From: Chromera velia
Taxonomy: Eukaryota
Length of the DNA: 64,000 nt
Direction of reading: 5' to 3'
Assembly: GCA_018398765.1 (NCBI GenBank)
Contig: JAHBMJ010000399.1
Coordinates: forward strand, 62,001 to 126,000
Under the pieces are notes generated by a model that was not told where the DNA came from, made no database searches, and saw nothing but the letters and a program-made list of their open reading frames with translations. The position numbers and the translations under genes were made by a program. Positions 1 through 13,914 of the stretch are shown piece by piece (position 1 is the first letter of the stretch; the number at the start of each line of letters is the position of its first letter).

Positions 1-598
1 TGGCATAGATCGGCGAGGCACCCCTGGATGACGGTCAAGACTGCCGGCAGCAACCGCTTTGCTGTGTCCGACTGTTTCCTCAAGGTTTGGTCTCTGATGA
101 CCTCCACGGGGTCCTTGTCTGCACACACAGACACACACACACACAGACAAGCGGGTTGAGAGAACGTGAATGCCTGATCCCCAAAAAGAGAGAGAGAGAG
201 ACTTCGACCATGCGGGTCTGTGTTGGAAGCCGCACGCGATAACAGGTCCGAGCTAACTGTTGAAAAGGCGCTAGGAAGCGCAAAAGCAGACAAAGCAGCC
301 CGAGTTAAGCAGGCAGGCTTACCTTCCATCTTGCTGTGCCTTGTGTGGACTCGGAAACTCTTGACGCGGGAGACGGCGATTCAAGCGGACTCAAAAGGTA
401 CAGCGGCCCTCTTCCTCCTTCCTTCCTGTTCTGCGCTTCACGCAGAAAAGCGAGGAGAAGCTGCCTTCTCCTCAAGCAGCCCATGTGCCTGCCCCAGGCT
501 CTGTGTCTGCAGCCCCCAGGGCCAAACAGAGACTGCATGGTGGAAAGTCGGAGCCGGAGACGGCTCACCGCGATCGAGCTATAGGGTCCGGGTTATGT

Positions 599-687
599 AT
601 CAGAAGGTCCCCGGCATGCCCTCGAATTGTGTGCATGGCCGACAATTGCATGCACACAATTCGAGGGCATGCCGGGGACCTTCTGAT
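599..687. repeat. Perfect 39-bp inverted repeat (hairpin) with 11-nt loop
   Basis: 599-637 ATCAGAAGGTCCCCGGCATGCCCTCGAATTGTGTGCATG is the exact reverse complement of 649-687. Confidence 0.95.
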
Positions 688-1457
688 TTTGCACGCGTGC
701 ACGGGCCGGGTCCCGCGGGCCGGCGGCCTGCAACGGTCGGGCCTTGGCGGCTTGGCCTTCGTAACTTCGTCTTCACCTAGGCCTAAGCTATAGGCTATTG
801 CTGCTATCTGTCTATATCTGAATTGAATGTAATTGAATGAATGAATTGGGGCGGTTAAAGCCGGTGAGCCAGCATTTAGGCTTTGGCCAACTACGGGGTA
901 TGACATGCAATGTTGGTTTATTGACTTAGTATATTAACTCAACCACACATGACAACACGTACAAAATTATGTCAATTTACCTAGTATACATTCCTGTACC
1001 GCCCTCATATACCCCAATACCCGCCAGAGGCTGGAACGACGATATGTCAGTAAGTATAATTAAACGGGTCTTCCAATATCTTCCAAGTTACCAAGGTTTA
1101 AACCTCCAGACTATGCGCGCAAACGGGGTGGCACGGTTAGATACGGTGCACTGCCTAACTGTGCCAAAGGTCGGGCCCAGTCACCCAGCAAGATATAGCA
1201 AGATGATTATAGTCTTATAGAGTACTCATAACTGTATATAACTATCATTAACATAAAAACCATCTTTGCAACGATTTATACATCCAATGACCATGCAACC
1301 TGAGAGTATAACCTACAACCTACTAACGTAGAACTTGAACACGGTGCGAGTCTTTCACGCGAAGTTTTGCCGTCCCAGCACCAACGTCGCTGACAGTCTG
1401 CCATGATCGGTCCCACCATCTAGGCCGACAAGCTAAGCAACTCAGTTACTCTATCAT

Positions 1458-1611
1458 CTATGGGTACGTCGGGTCGTGTGGAGGCTCTTCTTGCGGGTTG
1501 AGGTCTGGGGAGAGGCCTGTCGCCTGCAGTTTGAGGTCCCCGAATTTTCTGTGGAAGGCCGGCATCAGCATCTTCCTCTCGTAAATGTAGTACTGGTCTG
1601 CTTGTCTGCAT

Positions 1612-1668
<57 letters not shown>

Positions 1669-3067
1669 ATAATGGGAAATTGACATTAACAGAAACACAC
1701 TGACAGAGGAAGGGGAAAGGGGGGGGCACGAACCGACAGCATGAGGAGAAAAGAAACTGAGGAAAGAATGGGCAGGAAGTGAGAGTGAAGGCAGGAGTGA
1801 GAGTCAGAAAGAGACGGAAAGAAAGGAAGAAGAAGAAAAAGAAGAAGAATGAAGAAAGAAGGAAGGAACGAACGAACGCACGAAAGGAGACAAGGGAGGG
1901 GGAGACGAAAAGAGGAATAAGCAGACTGAATTCTTGAGAAAGACAGCTCGTCTGTGTCACTCGATCGGACAATAATGCAGCGTACAGGAAGAATACAAAA
2001 ACAAAGACACAAATGCCTTCTCGATCGATGTGGCTCACCTTGCGAGAAGGAATTCGTCGAAGTGTTTGGCCAGCTTCTTGTGATTCTCCCTGATGATTTC
2101 CTTCACCTCTGGATGGAGGAGTTTGCTGTCCAAGGCCACGTAGAATTTCAAAATGTGAAAACACGACTCCTTCAGGGCCTGGCCGTCAGTGTAGCTGCAA
2201 CATTGCAACACTCAGTGTACGTGCGTCGTTGCTTGTAGGAAGAAAGAGAAACACACGCCCAGGGAACAGACAAACGAGCAAAGGGAGTCCAAAAGAGAGG
2301 GCTGCCAAAAGGCCCGGCCAGATAGTGGCCTTGGCCTGACACACAAAATGCATATGATGACCAGGAACCCCCTCCTTGAAACTTTTTCTTGTCGACAGGT
2401 GCCGTGGACTGAAATTCAGAAGAGCAGACTGACGGACTGACCGACCGACTGGCTGACTTACAAACAGACCGACAGACTATTTCGTCTTTTCTTTACTTTA
2501 CATTTTCGCTTCCTTTCACAGGCAGACAAACAGACCGACAGACTATATGTTTCTTCTTCTCCCTTCTTTTCTTCATGAACACAACAGACAAAAAGAAAGA
2601 AAGAACAAAGACAAAAGAACAGCACCAACAATCAAACAGCGTGGGCAGGGGGCCCGAAAGGTGAGAGTTAAGCGCCCCTTGCCTCTCCACCTCCCGACAG
2701 ACTTTCACGTGATCACTGGTTTCACACGCTACTCCTCTGCTGCTTCCACTCAAGACAAGAAAGAGAAGAAAAAAGACAAGACAAGAAAATTCAAAAATCA
2801 AAAAAAGAAAAAGGAAAAAAGAAAACTGCACGCGGGGACCGGCACCGTCATGGTCTTTAGACAGGGGTGGCAGACAGGCAGGCAGACAGACAGACAGACA
2901 GACAGGCAGACAGGCAGACAGGCAGACAGACCGACCGACCGACAGACAGACAGACAGACAGACACGCAGACAGACAGACAGACAGACAGACACGCAGACA
3001 GACAGACAGACAGACTATATGTTTCTTCTTCTCCCTTCTTTTCTTCACAGACAGACAGACAGACACG

Positions 3068-3104
<37 letters not shown>

Positions 3105-3196
3105 CGACAGACAGACAGACAGGCAGACAGACAGACAGACAGACAGGCAGACAGACTATCAGGCAGGCAGACAGACAGACAGACAGACAGACACGC

Positions 3197-3229
<33 letters not shown>

Positions 3230-3256
3230 CGCAGACAGACAGACGGACAGACACGC

Positions 3257-3289
<33 letters not shown>

Positions 3290-6131
3290 CGCAGACAGAC
3301 ACGCAGACAGACACGCAGACAGACACGCAGACAGACAGACAGACAGACAGACAGACCGACCGACCGACCGACCGACAGACAGACAGACAGACAGACGGAC
3401 AGACCGAGAAGCCGACTGACTGACGCGAAGAAATCGGAGATGAGCTTCCACCAGGAGACTTCGGTCATCATCACAGAGGTGAAGGGAAGGTAGAACTCGG
3501 GCTCGTGGAACATCTCTTGCATCAGAGACATCACCTCCCTCTGCGCGACGTAGTTCTCCGATTGGTCCACGCACTTCAACCACTGACACATGAACTGCAG
3601 ATAGATGCATGCACTCACGCATTCATTCATTCATTCATTCATTCATTCATTCACGCATTCATTGATTCACGCATTCATTGATTCACGCATTCATTCATTC
3701 ACGCATTCATTCATTCACGCATTCATTCATTCATTCATTCATTCATTCATTCACTCAACCCACGCTCACGCGCGCGTGCGCATTTTTGCTCTCACGTAGA
3801 CAGTATAACTGTTTTTGTCTTCTTGGCTGCGGAGAAATTTCTCCCATTATTCCACAAACAGATTTTTTCTTGGCAGGAAAACAAGGGAGAGCCCTCAAGG
3901 AATCAATCCCAATCTGCTTCCTTCCCCACCCCGCTCCCTATCCTTTCCTCCTTCCTTGCTTTCTTGCTTCCAAATCTCACGGAGACCGAGCTAGCACCAG
4001 CAAGAAGATATTCCCGAAAGGGAGCGCAAGCAAGAAGATATTCCCGAAAGGGAGCGCAAGCAAGAAGATATTCCCGAAAGGGAGCGCAAGAAAAACAGTC
4101 GGGGGGTCGTCTTTGCTTCTCTTCTCTCTGTTGTCCTTTTTTTTTTTTTTCTGTGTGTGCTTCTCTTTCCTTTTTTTTTTTTTTGTGCTTCTCTTCTCTT
4201 TGTTGTCCGTCCTCTTGTCACCATCTCATTTCATCATCTCTAGCAGACATACTGTAGCGAACACAAAGAAAAGGAGTGAAAGACGAAAAGGGGGAGGGGG
4301 AACAACTCTTCTTTCTTTCCTGCCGTTTCTTTGCTCTGTCTGCATCGTTTCAAAAGGGATTGAGAGAGAGGAAAACGGGCGGATTCTTTGATCCAACTGG
4401 TTTTGAACAAAGAGGAAGGCAGACATCGCAGAAAAGAAGAGAGAGCGCAGATGAAAGAAATCCTGTCCTCACCCACCCCATCAGCAACATCCATTTAGTG
4501 AAACAATTTCCTGACTGACCTTGACATAGATGTCGTCGTCTGAGAGCCACTCCGCTGCTATTTTGGGTTTGGCCATCATCAAATTGTGCAGAGTCGCGAA
4601 GGCCTGGGAGGAGAGGTCGAATTTCCGATTCCGTCCCAACTCCATGAGTTTCATCGGGTACCCCCTGTCCAACATCAATTTGACGGCCCCGTCAATCACA
4701 CACATGTAGCAAATCATCGTCGCTGTGATCTCCACAGAGGCGGAGTTGAACATCAGGTCCATCATCTGCACCCAACCCCCAAAATAATATAGCAGAAGGA
4801 GAGGGAGAGAGAAATACAGAAAAAAAGGGGCTCGAATGAAGTACAGAAAAATACATGTAGCTATTTGGAAGTTGAGTATCAGATCCTTTCATCATCCGCG
4901 ATTTGAAATCGACTCCTTGCTTTTTGCTCCGAGAAAGAGAGGGAGAGTGAATTCAGAACCCTGCAATTCTTCCTGTCTGCAACGACAGCATTTGCGTTTT
5001 GCCCTCTGCACAAACCGAGGGGCCTCCTGTCAAAAGGAATTAAGCCTGTGCTGTCATGTCTGCCTGTGTATCTGCCTACAACGAGAAGAACTTTTCTTTT
5101 CCCCTTTCACCGATCTCAGCGAGGCCACAAGAGCTTCCTCTTTCGTTGTATACAAAACGAAAACAACCCGGATGGATGTGCGAAACATGATCATCTGTGC
5201 GAAGAGCACCAGGAAGAAGTATTGTCTTGTTTGTTTCCTTTGAAAGAGGACAAAACTATTGCACGTGAAGCAACGAAAAGATGACAACAGCCTGTCAGAC
5301 TCTGTGCTTCCCTTTCTGTGGATGTTCCGTTTTTCCTTTCAAGCAAAAGCACTAGCAATCAACAGAAACTACACATGTGCAGTACACAGTCGCTCGGTGT
5401 CTTGCAACCTCTCCCTCCCACTGACTAACGGACTTTGTCTAGTATGTGATGATTTTCCTTTAAAAGCAGGACAGAGAAGTTTGTCACATGGCGCACACTC
5501 TTGGGACTGTCCATCTCCTGGCCCTCCGCGTCCACAGAGTACTTCTCCTGCTTGAACATCGCGTCAACTGCCTGCGCTACCTGCACAGATAGATATGGAT
5601 CAAAAGATGAATGAATTGGTAGAGATGGGGACGCAAAAATGGTCTCTGGCTTAGAGCTTGGATGACAGAGAGAGAGAGAGAGGAACCATCCTTTGGCATT
5701 TCAGCCTTCTCTTCCGGCCATGATCTTGCAAAGCAGCCTTGCTTCTGTCTACGTTCCCGTCTATTGGACACTTCCTCTTCTTCGGGTCGTGTGGGAAGAC
5801 AGACCCACAAACAAACCTGCTGTTTGATGGCGGTTTCCATTCTGTGAAGGTTATCCAGGTAGAAGAAGATTCCGTTCTCTGTGGAGGTGAAGAACTCCCT
5901 TTGCAAGACGCCGTCCGTCTTGGCACTCAGAGCCTCGACTGCACTCGTGAGCTTTAGACGGACGCTGTCCCTCCTCTTCTGTATGGTGTCCTCCACTGCC
6001 TGCATTTCCGACCCAGACAGAGGAGAGGCAAGATTCGCAGAGGAGGCATCTCGCCTCTTGTCCACCGCTGAGAGGTATTCGTCAGTCGACTTCCTCAGCT
6101 CCTCCAAGTTCACCGAATTCCCCTGACCCAT
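1458..6131 (-). CDS. Divergent Mo25/CAB39-like armadillo scaffold protein, multi-exon
   Basis: Approximate exons: 5817-6131 (MGQGNS...), about 5480-5580, about 4520-4765 ([22 protein letters not shown]), about 3424-3595 ([18 protein letters not shown]), about 2038-2194 ([23 protein letters not shown]), about 1458-1605. These motifs match recalled Mo25 segments (FDIASDAF.TF, ENYVTKRQ, AFHVFKVFVA) in the same order. Exons between about 4770 and 5480 are unresolved. Confidence 0.75.
2871..3423. repeat. (CAGA)n-type intronic microsatellite
   Basis: About 550 bp of CAGA/CACG/CCGA tetramers abutting the minus-strand donor GTCAGT at about 3423. Confidence 0.95.
4000..4092. repeat. 30-bp tandem repeat, 3 copies, intronic
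   Basis: CAAGAAGATATTCCCGAAAGGGAGCGCAAG repeated three times. Confidence 0.9.
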
Positions 6132-6499
6132 CTCGGACCTCTTCGCTCTGTTCGCTCCTTCTCTCCCACCTTGCGGTCGACGCCTCTGGAGCCTTCGTTT
6201 ATTCAATAGAACGGCCCTTCACCTACCTCTTCTGCTCACTTTTGATGGAGAGAGCACAAGGTAGACGGATCCACTGAGAGGCCGAGAAGGTGTCTACGGA
6301 TCGAGGGATCAGACTGAGCACGTCACTCCGACAGTCAGTCAACTCTCTTACACATCGTTGGTTCCCGGTTGTTCCGGATCTGCAAGGACCCTCTTCGCTG
6401 TGGGTGACGCAGCACTAGCTGTCATGCAGTAACAACTCACTTGAACTCAGTGCGGTGCAATGACAGTGACATTCGGAAAATCAGCTCAATCTTTTGATC

Positions 6500-6600
6500 A
6501 CGAATTAATCGGGTCGTTGGCCGGCCGGCCTTGCATGGCATCCGGGCGGCCGAGAGCGCGCGCGCGGCGGGCCCGCCCGGCCGCCGGCGCGGAAGCTTGA
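6500..6600. promoter_or_regulatory. GC-rich palindromic core of a putative divergent promoter
   Basis: GGCCGGCCGGCC, TGCATG and CGCGCGCG runs between the head-to-head Mo25-like and RRM genes; similar patches sit upstream of other genes at about 12560-12650, 32830-33030 and 60130-60200. Confidence 0.4.
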
Positions 6601-7088
6601 AATTTTTAGCCACATCGGTCATGGTCAATTAACCCGGCCTTTGAATTCACTTAGAAGTTCTGTGAACATCTTTGAACGCGGACTCTTCTTTCATTCACCC
6701 AGCAGAGCAGATCTTGGAACGAGTGCGCAACCAGTGCTCAGTGTCGGACTGTTTGCGACAGTTTGGTTGATTTCCAACAACACTTGAATTCAGCAGTCGG
6801 CCCTCGAATCTTCTATTTAAATATCAATCTCCAGCAGTACCGCGTGGACCTCTTCTTCTTCTTCTTCTTCTTCTGACAGCCTCAGTGTGAAGTTGTCAAA
6901 GATGAACCTTTTGTGCGAAGCGCATTCACACCTCCAGTGTGCGCCGAGGTGCATGTGTGGACTGCTACGAAAAGTGGTGCTACGTTGAGGACCACTTTCC
7001 CAAAAGTCAGTCTGAAACAGAATCTTTCTTCTGCGCACGCAGGTATCTTTGGCGTACATTTACGAGGTTGTTATTCTTCGCTTTGTCC

Positions 7089-8345
7089 ATGGATGCATCC
7101 TTGCAGCTGCCGACGAACATACACCCGAACGGCCGTGTTTCTGCCGGAGATGCTTGCTGGACGGACAATTCAGCGTACGGCAACGAGACGATGGTCAGTG
7201 CCAGGTTTACTGGGGAAGGTGTATGAAGATTGTTTGTTCAAATCCCCTGTTTCGTCTTGCTTTGACCTTTGCATAAGTTGTCGTTTTCGGATGAAGAAAT
7301 CCGTCACTCCCTTCATCCCCCACTGTTGCTGGCCCGTTATCCCCATCCATGTATCCGATACAAATCCAGCAGATCATTCCCACAGTAGATGTACGACCGT
7401 CAAACTCCACATATGCAGGTTACATCGTTGCATTGATGCTTGCTTGGTTATTTGCCTGCAGAGAACCACAGGAAAATATTCGTTGAGAATCTCCTAGACG
7501 AGAAGGGAGACCTGATTCCTCTTGGTCGGTCAGGTGGCTGCATGTTCTGTCTCCAAACACATTCATGCAGTAAAACTGTTCAGTGTACACATAGCAACGC
7601 GTGTGTATTCTTTTCCATTCTTCCTTTCTCCCAGTCTCTTTCCGATCTCCCTTCTCTGTCTTTGACTTCCGTCCCTTGCTGTATAATTGTGTTTGCTGTC
7701 TCATTTGTCTGCTCTTTATCACTAACCCTCTCCCTCGTGCTTTCCTCCCACCTCACATCCCGTCTCTGACGGTCTCCAGACTTTCCGCATTTCCTTTCGA
7801 CACGATGTATCCTTGCCAATGGGCGTGTATATCTTGATCTTGGATGCATGGGCGCATGTCATTGATCGAAGGATCTCATCATTCGTGGTCCAGGATCTGT
7901 TAAACTTTCTCTCCTTTCACCGACTTGAATCCCCCCATGCACTCGATCCTGTGTACACACCTCTTCCCTTCCCCTCCCGTCTCCTCTCCAGATCACGTCC
8001 CCTTTTATGTTTTTGTCATTTGTCCCTTAGTATCTCTCTCATTCGTCGGACTCCTCACTCATTTTTTTCGTCTGGTCTCCCTCTTCGTTTATCCCTCGCT
8101 TCCCTCCCCCCTCCGGATACTCTATCCTTCAACCCCCCCCCCCACTCCTAATTCCTCTGCATGGTGCCAATGAAGCGGCCTGTCGTTGCGATCCTTGGGG
8201 GCCCAGCTGCATGGCCCAGCAAAAGACTGACTGATGGATGCGAGGTCCCGCATGTGCGTCCCTGTCCGTGCTCACGCATCTGGTCTCGTATTGCTTGTCC
8301 GCATAACAGTTCGACCTAGAGTTCGACTGATGCAGCACATGAATC

Positions 8346-8388
<43 letters not shown>

Positions 8389-8399
8389 TTGTAGGTGTA

Positions 8400-8443
<44 letters not shown>

Positions 8444-8517
8444 TGTGTGTGTGTGTATGTGTCTGTGTGTGTGCGTGTATCTGTGTGTGTGTGCGTGTGG
8501 GTGTGCGTGTGCGGGTT

Positions 8518-8550
<33 letters not shown>

Positions 8551-10499
8551 ATGTATATGTATATGTGTATGTGTGTGTTTTCACTCCGTTGTTTCTCCTT
8601 CCCCCTTTGTCTTGCCCTGTATGTGTCTGGCGCTCGATCCATCCTTCCTTCCTTCTGTTCGGAAGCTCATGTTGGTTGTTCTTCTGTTCTTCGATCGTCT
8701 CCCTGTCTCCTTCCGCCCTCCCTCAGGCGATCAACGCTGCCGGAAACAGGTCGCTCGATTTGTCTCTGACTGTCGGTCGGACTCCGCTGCCTGCTGAAAT
8801 TGCGTCGAACGGGACGAGAGGGGATCTTGTGGCAACCCCCCCGTGGTTGTGCCCCGTGACTCTTTGGAGACAACGGACATCGCAGTGAAGGTGCGTAGAG
8901 GGATTCTGTATGGCGATGGGTGTTTGTATTCTCTTCTCTCTTTTCAGGCGGTCGTCTCCCTCCCTCTTGTTTCTCCCGCACTGGTTCTTCCTTAATTCTG
9001 TCTGTGTTGATTCCTTTTTCTTCGCCTTGCACAGCTTCTAAAGAGTCTCTCCATTTCCGATCGAAAAGAAGCTCTGTCGGCAATCTTATAGCTCAGTGGC
9101 ATCCCCATTTCATGGAGCACCTTTGCCTCGGTCTTTGCCCTTCCCTTTTCTCCTTGGCTTGTTTTCATTTTCTGTATTCGTTCCTCCTCTCTCTCTCTTG
9201 ATGCCCCCCTGTTCTTCCCCTCCCTGTCCCCTTCTGCCCTCCCTCAGGCGATCAATGCTGCCGGAAACAGATCGCTTGACTTGTCTCTGACTGTTGATCC
9301 GCTCCAAACTGACGGTGGATCCCAGCATCACCACCCCCACAGTCAACCTCCAGCTGGACCTCTTGCCCTCACCCCTCTTCTACACACGCACAGCTCCTCT
9401 GCATGTACATGATGTCTTTTGGCAAGGTCGAGCGCCTTGACTACTTCAAGGAGCAGGCTGTGCCGTTCAAACCCCGTCCCTTCGGGTTCGTCATTTTTTA
9501 CAAGCACAGATACAAGCAGCGAGCCCTCAGTCAGAAGCACCACGCCATGAAAGTGCCGACGGAGGGAGGGGGCGTGCGGGTGCACAGGCTGCGGGGGCGA
9601 GCTCCGAAGTTCGACCCGCGACAGCAGAAGAGCGGCCACAGCAAAAGCAGGGTCAGTCCGGCCTCGGGGGGAAAGGCTTTGTTTGTGATGAGCTTGGCAT
9701 GATCGATGCATTTGGATTAATAACTCAGTGCTCTGACTGACTGACTGACTCACTCACTGACTGTGCGCAGAGACTCATTTGTGGCCATATGAAGGTGGTT
9801 TGTTTCGGACTTCTCCCCTTGTTCTGGGAGTGTTCCTCCGCCTATTCCCTTCCCCTTACCTCTTGTCATCTCTGGCCGGACACTTTTTTTTTTACCTCTC
9901 CCTTAATTCCTGCTGCCTGCCCGTTTGTTGCAACGGCTCTGTGCAGATTCGAAGACAGGAAGAAGAGGCAGAGGTTGTGATCTGTCCTGCCGAGCTGATA
10001 TCCGCCTGCCGAGTATTTGAGTTGGAAATGGAAACTCTAACGCATGCAGAGCTTCCAAAGGCCGTGAAACACTACTCCCAGATCATCACAGACCTCTTGA
10101 GGGCGCTGTACAAAGAAAAAAAAAACGTGTGAGTTTCCTCTCTCTCTGCGGGTGGGTGACAGGAAGGGCCCTCAGTCTCCCTTTCCTTTCCCCTTTTCTC
10201 TTCTCCCTTCTCTCCGCTTTGTTCTTTCTGCGTTGGTTTGGGTTTTGTCGTTTTCCCGGCGGGACGAGTGCTCCCTTGTTTGTGGTTGTGTTCTGGTGGG
10301 TGTACTCCTTCACTTTCAAGCTTTTCTTTGGCTCTACCCCCTTTCCCTTCCTTGCCTTTTGCCTCTCACTCCCTTCAGAACAGAGGCACAAAAGCCGACC
10401 GACCGACCCCTTAATTCCCTCCCACGTCCCTTGCCCTTTCTTTCAGGCAATTTCTGAGAACATCCAGTCCATCCTGAGGGAGAAGCTGGAAAGACGGAG
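7089..10499 (+). CDS. RRM-domain RNA-binding protein, multi-exon; start, middle exons and last exon uncertain
   Basis: Exon about 7462-7523 gives RKIFVENL (RNP2-like). Exon about 9394-9651 gives SFGKVERLD...KPRPFGFVIF...RALSQKHH (RNP1-like). Further exons at about 9947-10127 and 10447-10499. Confidence 0.55.
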
Positions 10500-10525
10500 G
10501 TCAGTGAATTGGGTGGGTGCATGGA

Positions 10526-10574
<49 letters not shown>

Positions 10575-10934
10575 TCTCTCTGAGACGGTGCGTACTTACT
10601 TGTTGTCGTTTGCTGTACGTGCAGTCCAAACACTGGACTGACTTACTGGCTGACTGACTGATTGACTGACTGACTGACTGATTGACTGACTGACTGGCTG
10701 ACTGACTGACTGACTGACTGCCGGACTGACTGACTGACTGACTGACTGACTGACTGACTGACTGACTGACTCACTGACTGACTCACCGACTGACTGACCG
10801 ACTACCTGATGGCCCGATCAAATGACTCACGCGCAAACTTTTCAATGGATCTATTTGTGAAGTTTTCTCCTGCCTGCCAGACTCATGATCGACACATCAG
10901 ATTGTGGTTTCGATCTGCTCAATTCTCCCGGTTG

Positions 10935-10970
<36 letters not shown>

Positions 10971-11451
10971 TTGTATTTGAACAATTTATTTGTTTTCGTC
11001 GCCTTTGCTCCATTCATAGATTCATGGGCTGTATGCTTGTTGCTACTTTGCGATTGTTGGAGGACAGGAATTGAGTGAAGACTTGTCCAACCGCACAACC
11101 AAAACTGCAGACCAGATTCACAAGAGAGTTGGCAAGTGGCCAACTTTGGAAAGAAATGTTTTCTGGGTCTACGCGCCTCTACGTGCTCGCGTGTTTGCCT
11201 GCCCGTCTGCGTCCGTGCCTGTCTCACTGTCTTCTTGCCTTTTGCATGCCTGCTCGCCTGATCTCGTGTGGCTGACTGACTGACTAACTAACTAACTAAC
11301 TAACTGAGTGACTGGCTGCCTGGCTGACTGACTGACTGACTGACTGACTGACTGATACACAAACTTTTTAATGGATCTATTTGTGAAGTTTTCTCCTGCC
11401 TGCCAGACTCATGATCGACAGTGGTTCCGATTTTCTCAATTCTCCCGATTG

Positions 11452-11497
<46 letters not shown>

Positions 11498-13290
11498 CGG
11501 GAGTATCATCCTCCTCCTCATCATCAGGCGAACCCTAAGTGCCACTTAGGAGTGCCACCAGAACAAAGAACCTTTGCGCTTAATTCGTTCACTGTGTGGC
11601 TGGCCCACTATAGGTGCGTTGTCCGTGCTAGCTGTATTCAAAATTGTTGTCATCCATAAGAAAAAACATGGAATATGTGAGTGTACTAACACTGCTTTCA
11701 AAAATAGTGTTTCAAAAAAAAAAAAAATCTAGAAAAAAATGTTGAAAAGTAATGTTTTTTTACATGTCATGTTTGATCTTTAATTAGCAATCTTCGAGTT
11801 TAAAGTCGTTTAAAGATAAAACGTATCAATCAATCAACTTTAATTCAATTGAATTTAATAATTATTGAAAGCTTTATAACCGCCTCAATTCAACTCATTG
11901 AAATTTAAAAATACATTAACTAAACTAAACCAAAGTTACTAAACTAATAACAGACGGATAAAAAAAATTATAGTCAAAAATAAATGAATCTAGAAATAAA
12001 TAAATGAATCAATTAACTAGTGAATCTTAGTCAGGATTAAGACTTTGTAATTGTATACACTTTCCTATTCAAAAATGAAAAAAGATATTGAAGGGTGAAT
12101 CACTGAATTCTCTTTGTTTATTTTAATTTGATTGTAGAATATAATTTCATTATTTTTTTTCGCATCGAACGTCTTTTTTAAATTATATTTTTGAATTGAA
12201 GAGTGTCTAAAAGATGTACGGATGTTTGTAATAATTTGATATTATCAACAGCATACAGCAGCAGTGACTCACTGGGTTGAAACATTTGAGCGTCAGATAG
12301 TATGACGCGGAGTCTGATCAAGCTTTATCGAGCTTCGAATTTCGTTAAACTTAGTGTTGAATCGTCAGATCTAGTCAAATCACTACGGATCACTAATTCA
12401 TTTTTTGCATTTTTATAGATTTTTCAAATCTTAGTCCATGCATGATCTTTTTGTGCGTGTTCACACGTCTATATGATCCTAATCTAAGTTTCATTTCACT
12501 CCTAGTCTCGATCATTTCGGGGCTGTTTGTGTTCATGCATGCAGTCGATCTGCTCAACACGGCGGCGGCCGGGGCCGTGCATGCATGCATGCGTACATGC
12601 TCATGCCCTACCGATACGCCGCGCGCGAGTAGCCGCGAGCCACGCCGAGCTTCAATGTCAGAAACTCCGTCCATACAGATCGTCGATCGTCAGATATCGT
12701 CAGTCAGCTGAATTGGAAGGTGCTGAGCAAAGGCAAATCCTGTGTATAGCATCTAGAACTCGGTTTTGTCCCTGCAAATGCATCAGACGGAGGCAGGCAA
12801 AAGACGGGCAGGGATGTGGCAAAGCCTTGGATAGAGTGGCGTTGCGTTGCTTTGGCTCACTTCTTCTTGGTCATTGTGTTGTTCGGTCTTGTTTGCCTCC
12901 GCCCATTGGATTGATTCGGTTGGTCTTATGAAGTTTTACCACAGAGAGGAAGATGTGCACTTCCATAATGGACACTTCAAGGTGGCGCATGATTTGAACT
13001 GGGGCTGAAAGTCTCTCTTGGGCAGAGGCTTGCGACCCCTGGCTACGTACCGCCTCCATCCCCCAGTTAGAGAAAGGGCAGAAGGAGGGTCTCTGCCAAC
13101 AGGGAGGGACGAAGGAAGGGAGAGAAAGTGTTCGACAGGAGTGCAGTGCGTGAACTTCGTCCCCTTCTCTGTCTGTATCTCTCTGAGAACGGAACGCGTC
13201 GGCGTCGCAAGATCTGTTCGAAGTCACTGCCGCTCAGGCAGGTAGAGAGCGCACGCTCTTCTCTTCAAGCAGCGGAACAGACTGAAGGGA

Positions 13291-13594
13291 ATGGCCGGAA
13301 TCTTCACGCGCACGGTCGTGCGCTTGGGAGGAGTCGCCTCGTCAGTTTCCCCCCCCCTCTCTCTCTTCCTTCCTTCCTTCCCTCCCACCTTCCTTCCTTC
13401 TTCAGTCTGCGTGTGTGTGGCACTCCGTCTCCTCCCACTGGCGCCCGTCTGTGTACTGCTGCCTGGGATCCTCTCTGTCCAGTCTGTCCGTTCCTTCCTT
13501 TTGCTTCCTTGCGCAAGCCATGCAGAGGGGGGGAGGGAGCCACGGAGACGCGCGGTCACAACGAAATATTCTTCCTCCAAAAGAGAGAGATGAC

Positions 13595-13626
<32 letters not shown>

Positions 13627-13872
13627 TTCCTTCAAGACAACAGGAGAAAACCATGCAGCCGACATCTTCCTCCCCCAGCAAGACTCACTGATTTGTTCAA
13701 TGTCCGATTGGTGCCGTCTCGAATAATCATCTCCCTGCTTCCTCTATGATCCATCCTTCTGTACCTCTCTCTGTGCTTCTGTCAGTAGAAGTACTTACAT
13801 ACAAGCAATAAATCAGTAGGTAAATGCACTCGTGCAAGGCGTACAAACACCTTGAGAAACTTCTCCATGGCC

Positions 13873-13914
<42 letters not shown>

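Noticed and set aside
220..780. 186-aa ORF at the window start
   Set aside because: Non-ATG start, no recognisable motif, and it runs through the hairpin; cannot be supported as a gene.
2493..3630. Long ORFs of QTDR/SVCL repeats (likewise CV, TH, RE, LS and CLPA ORFs elsewhere)
   Set aside because: Translations of stop-free microsatellites in introns.
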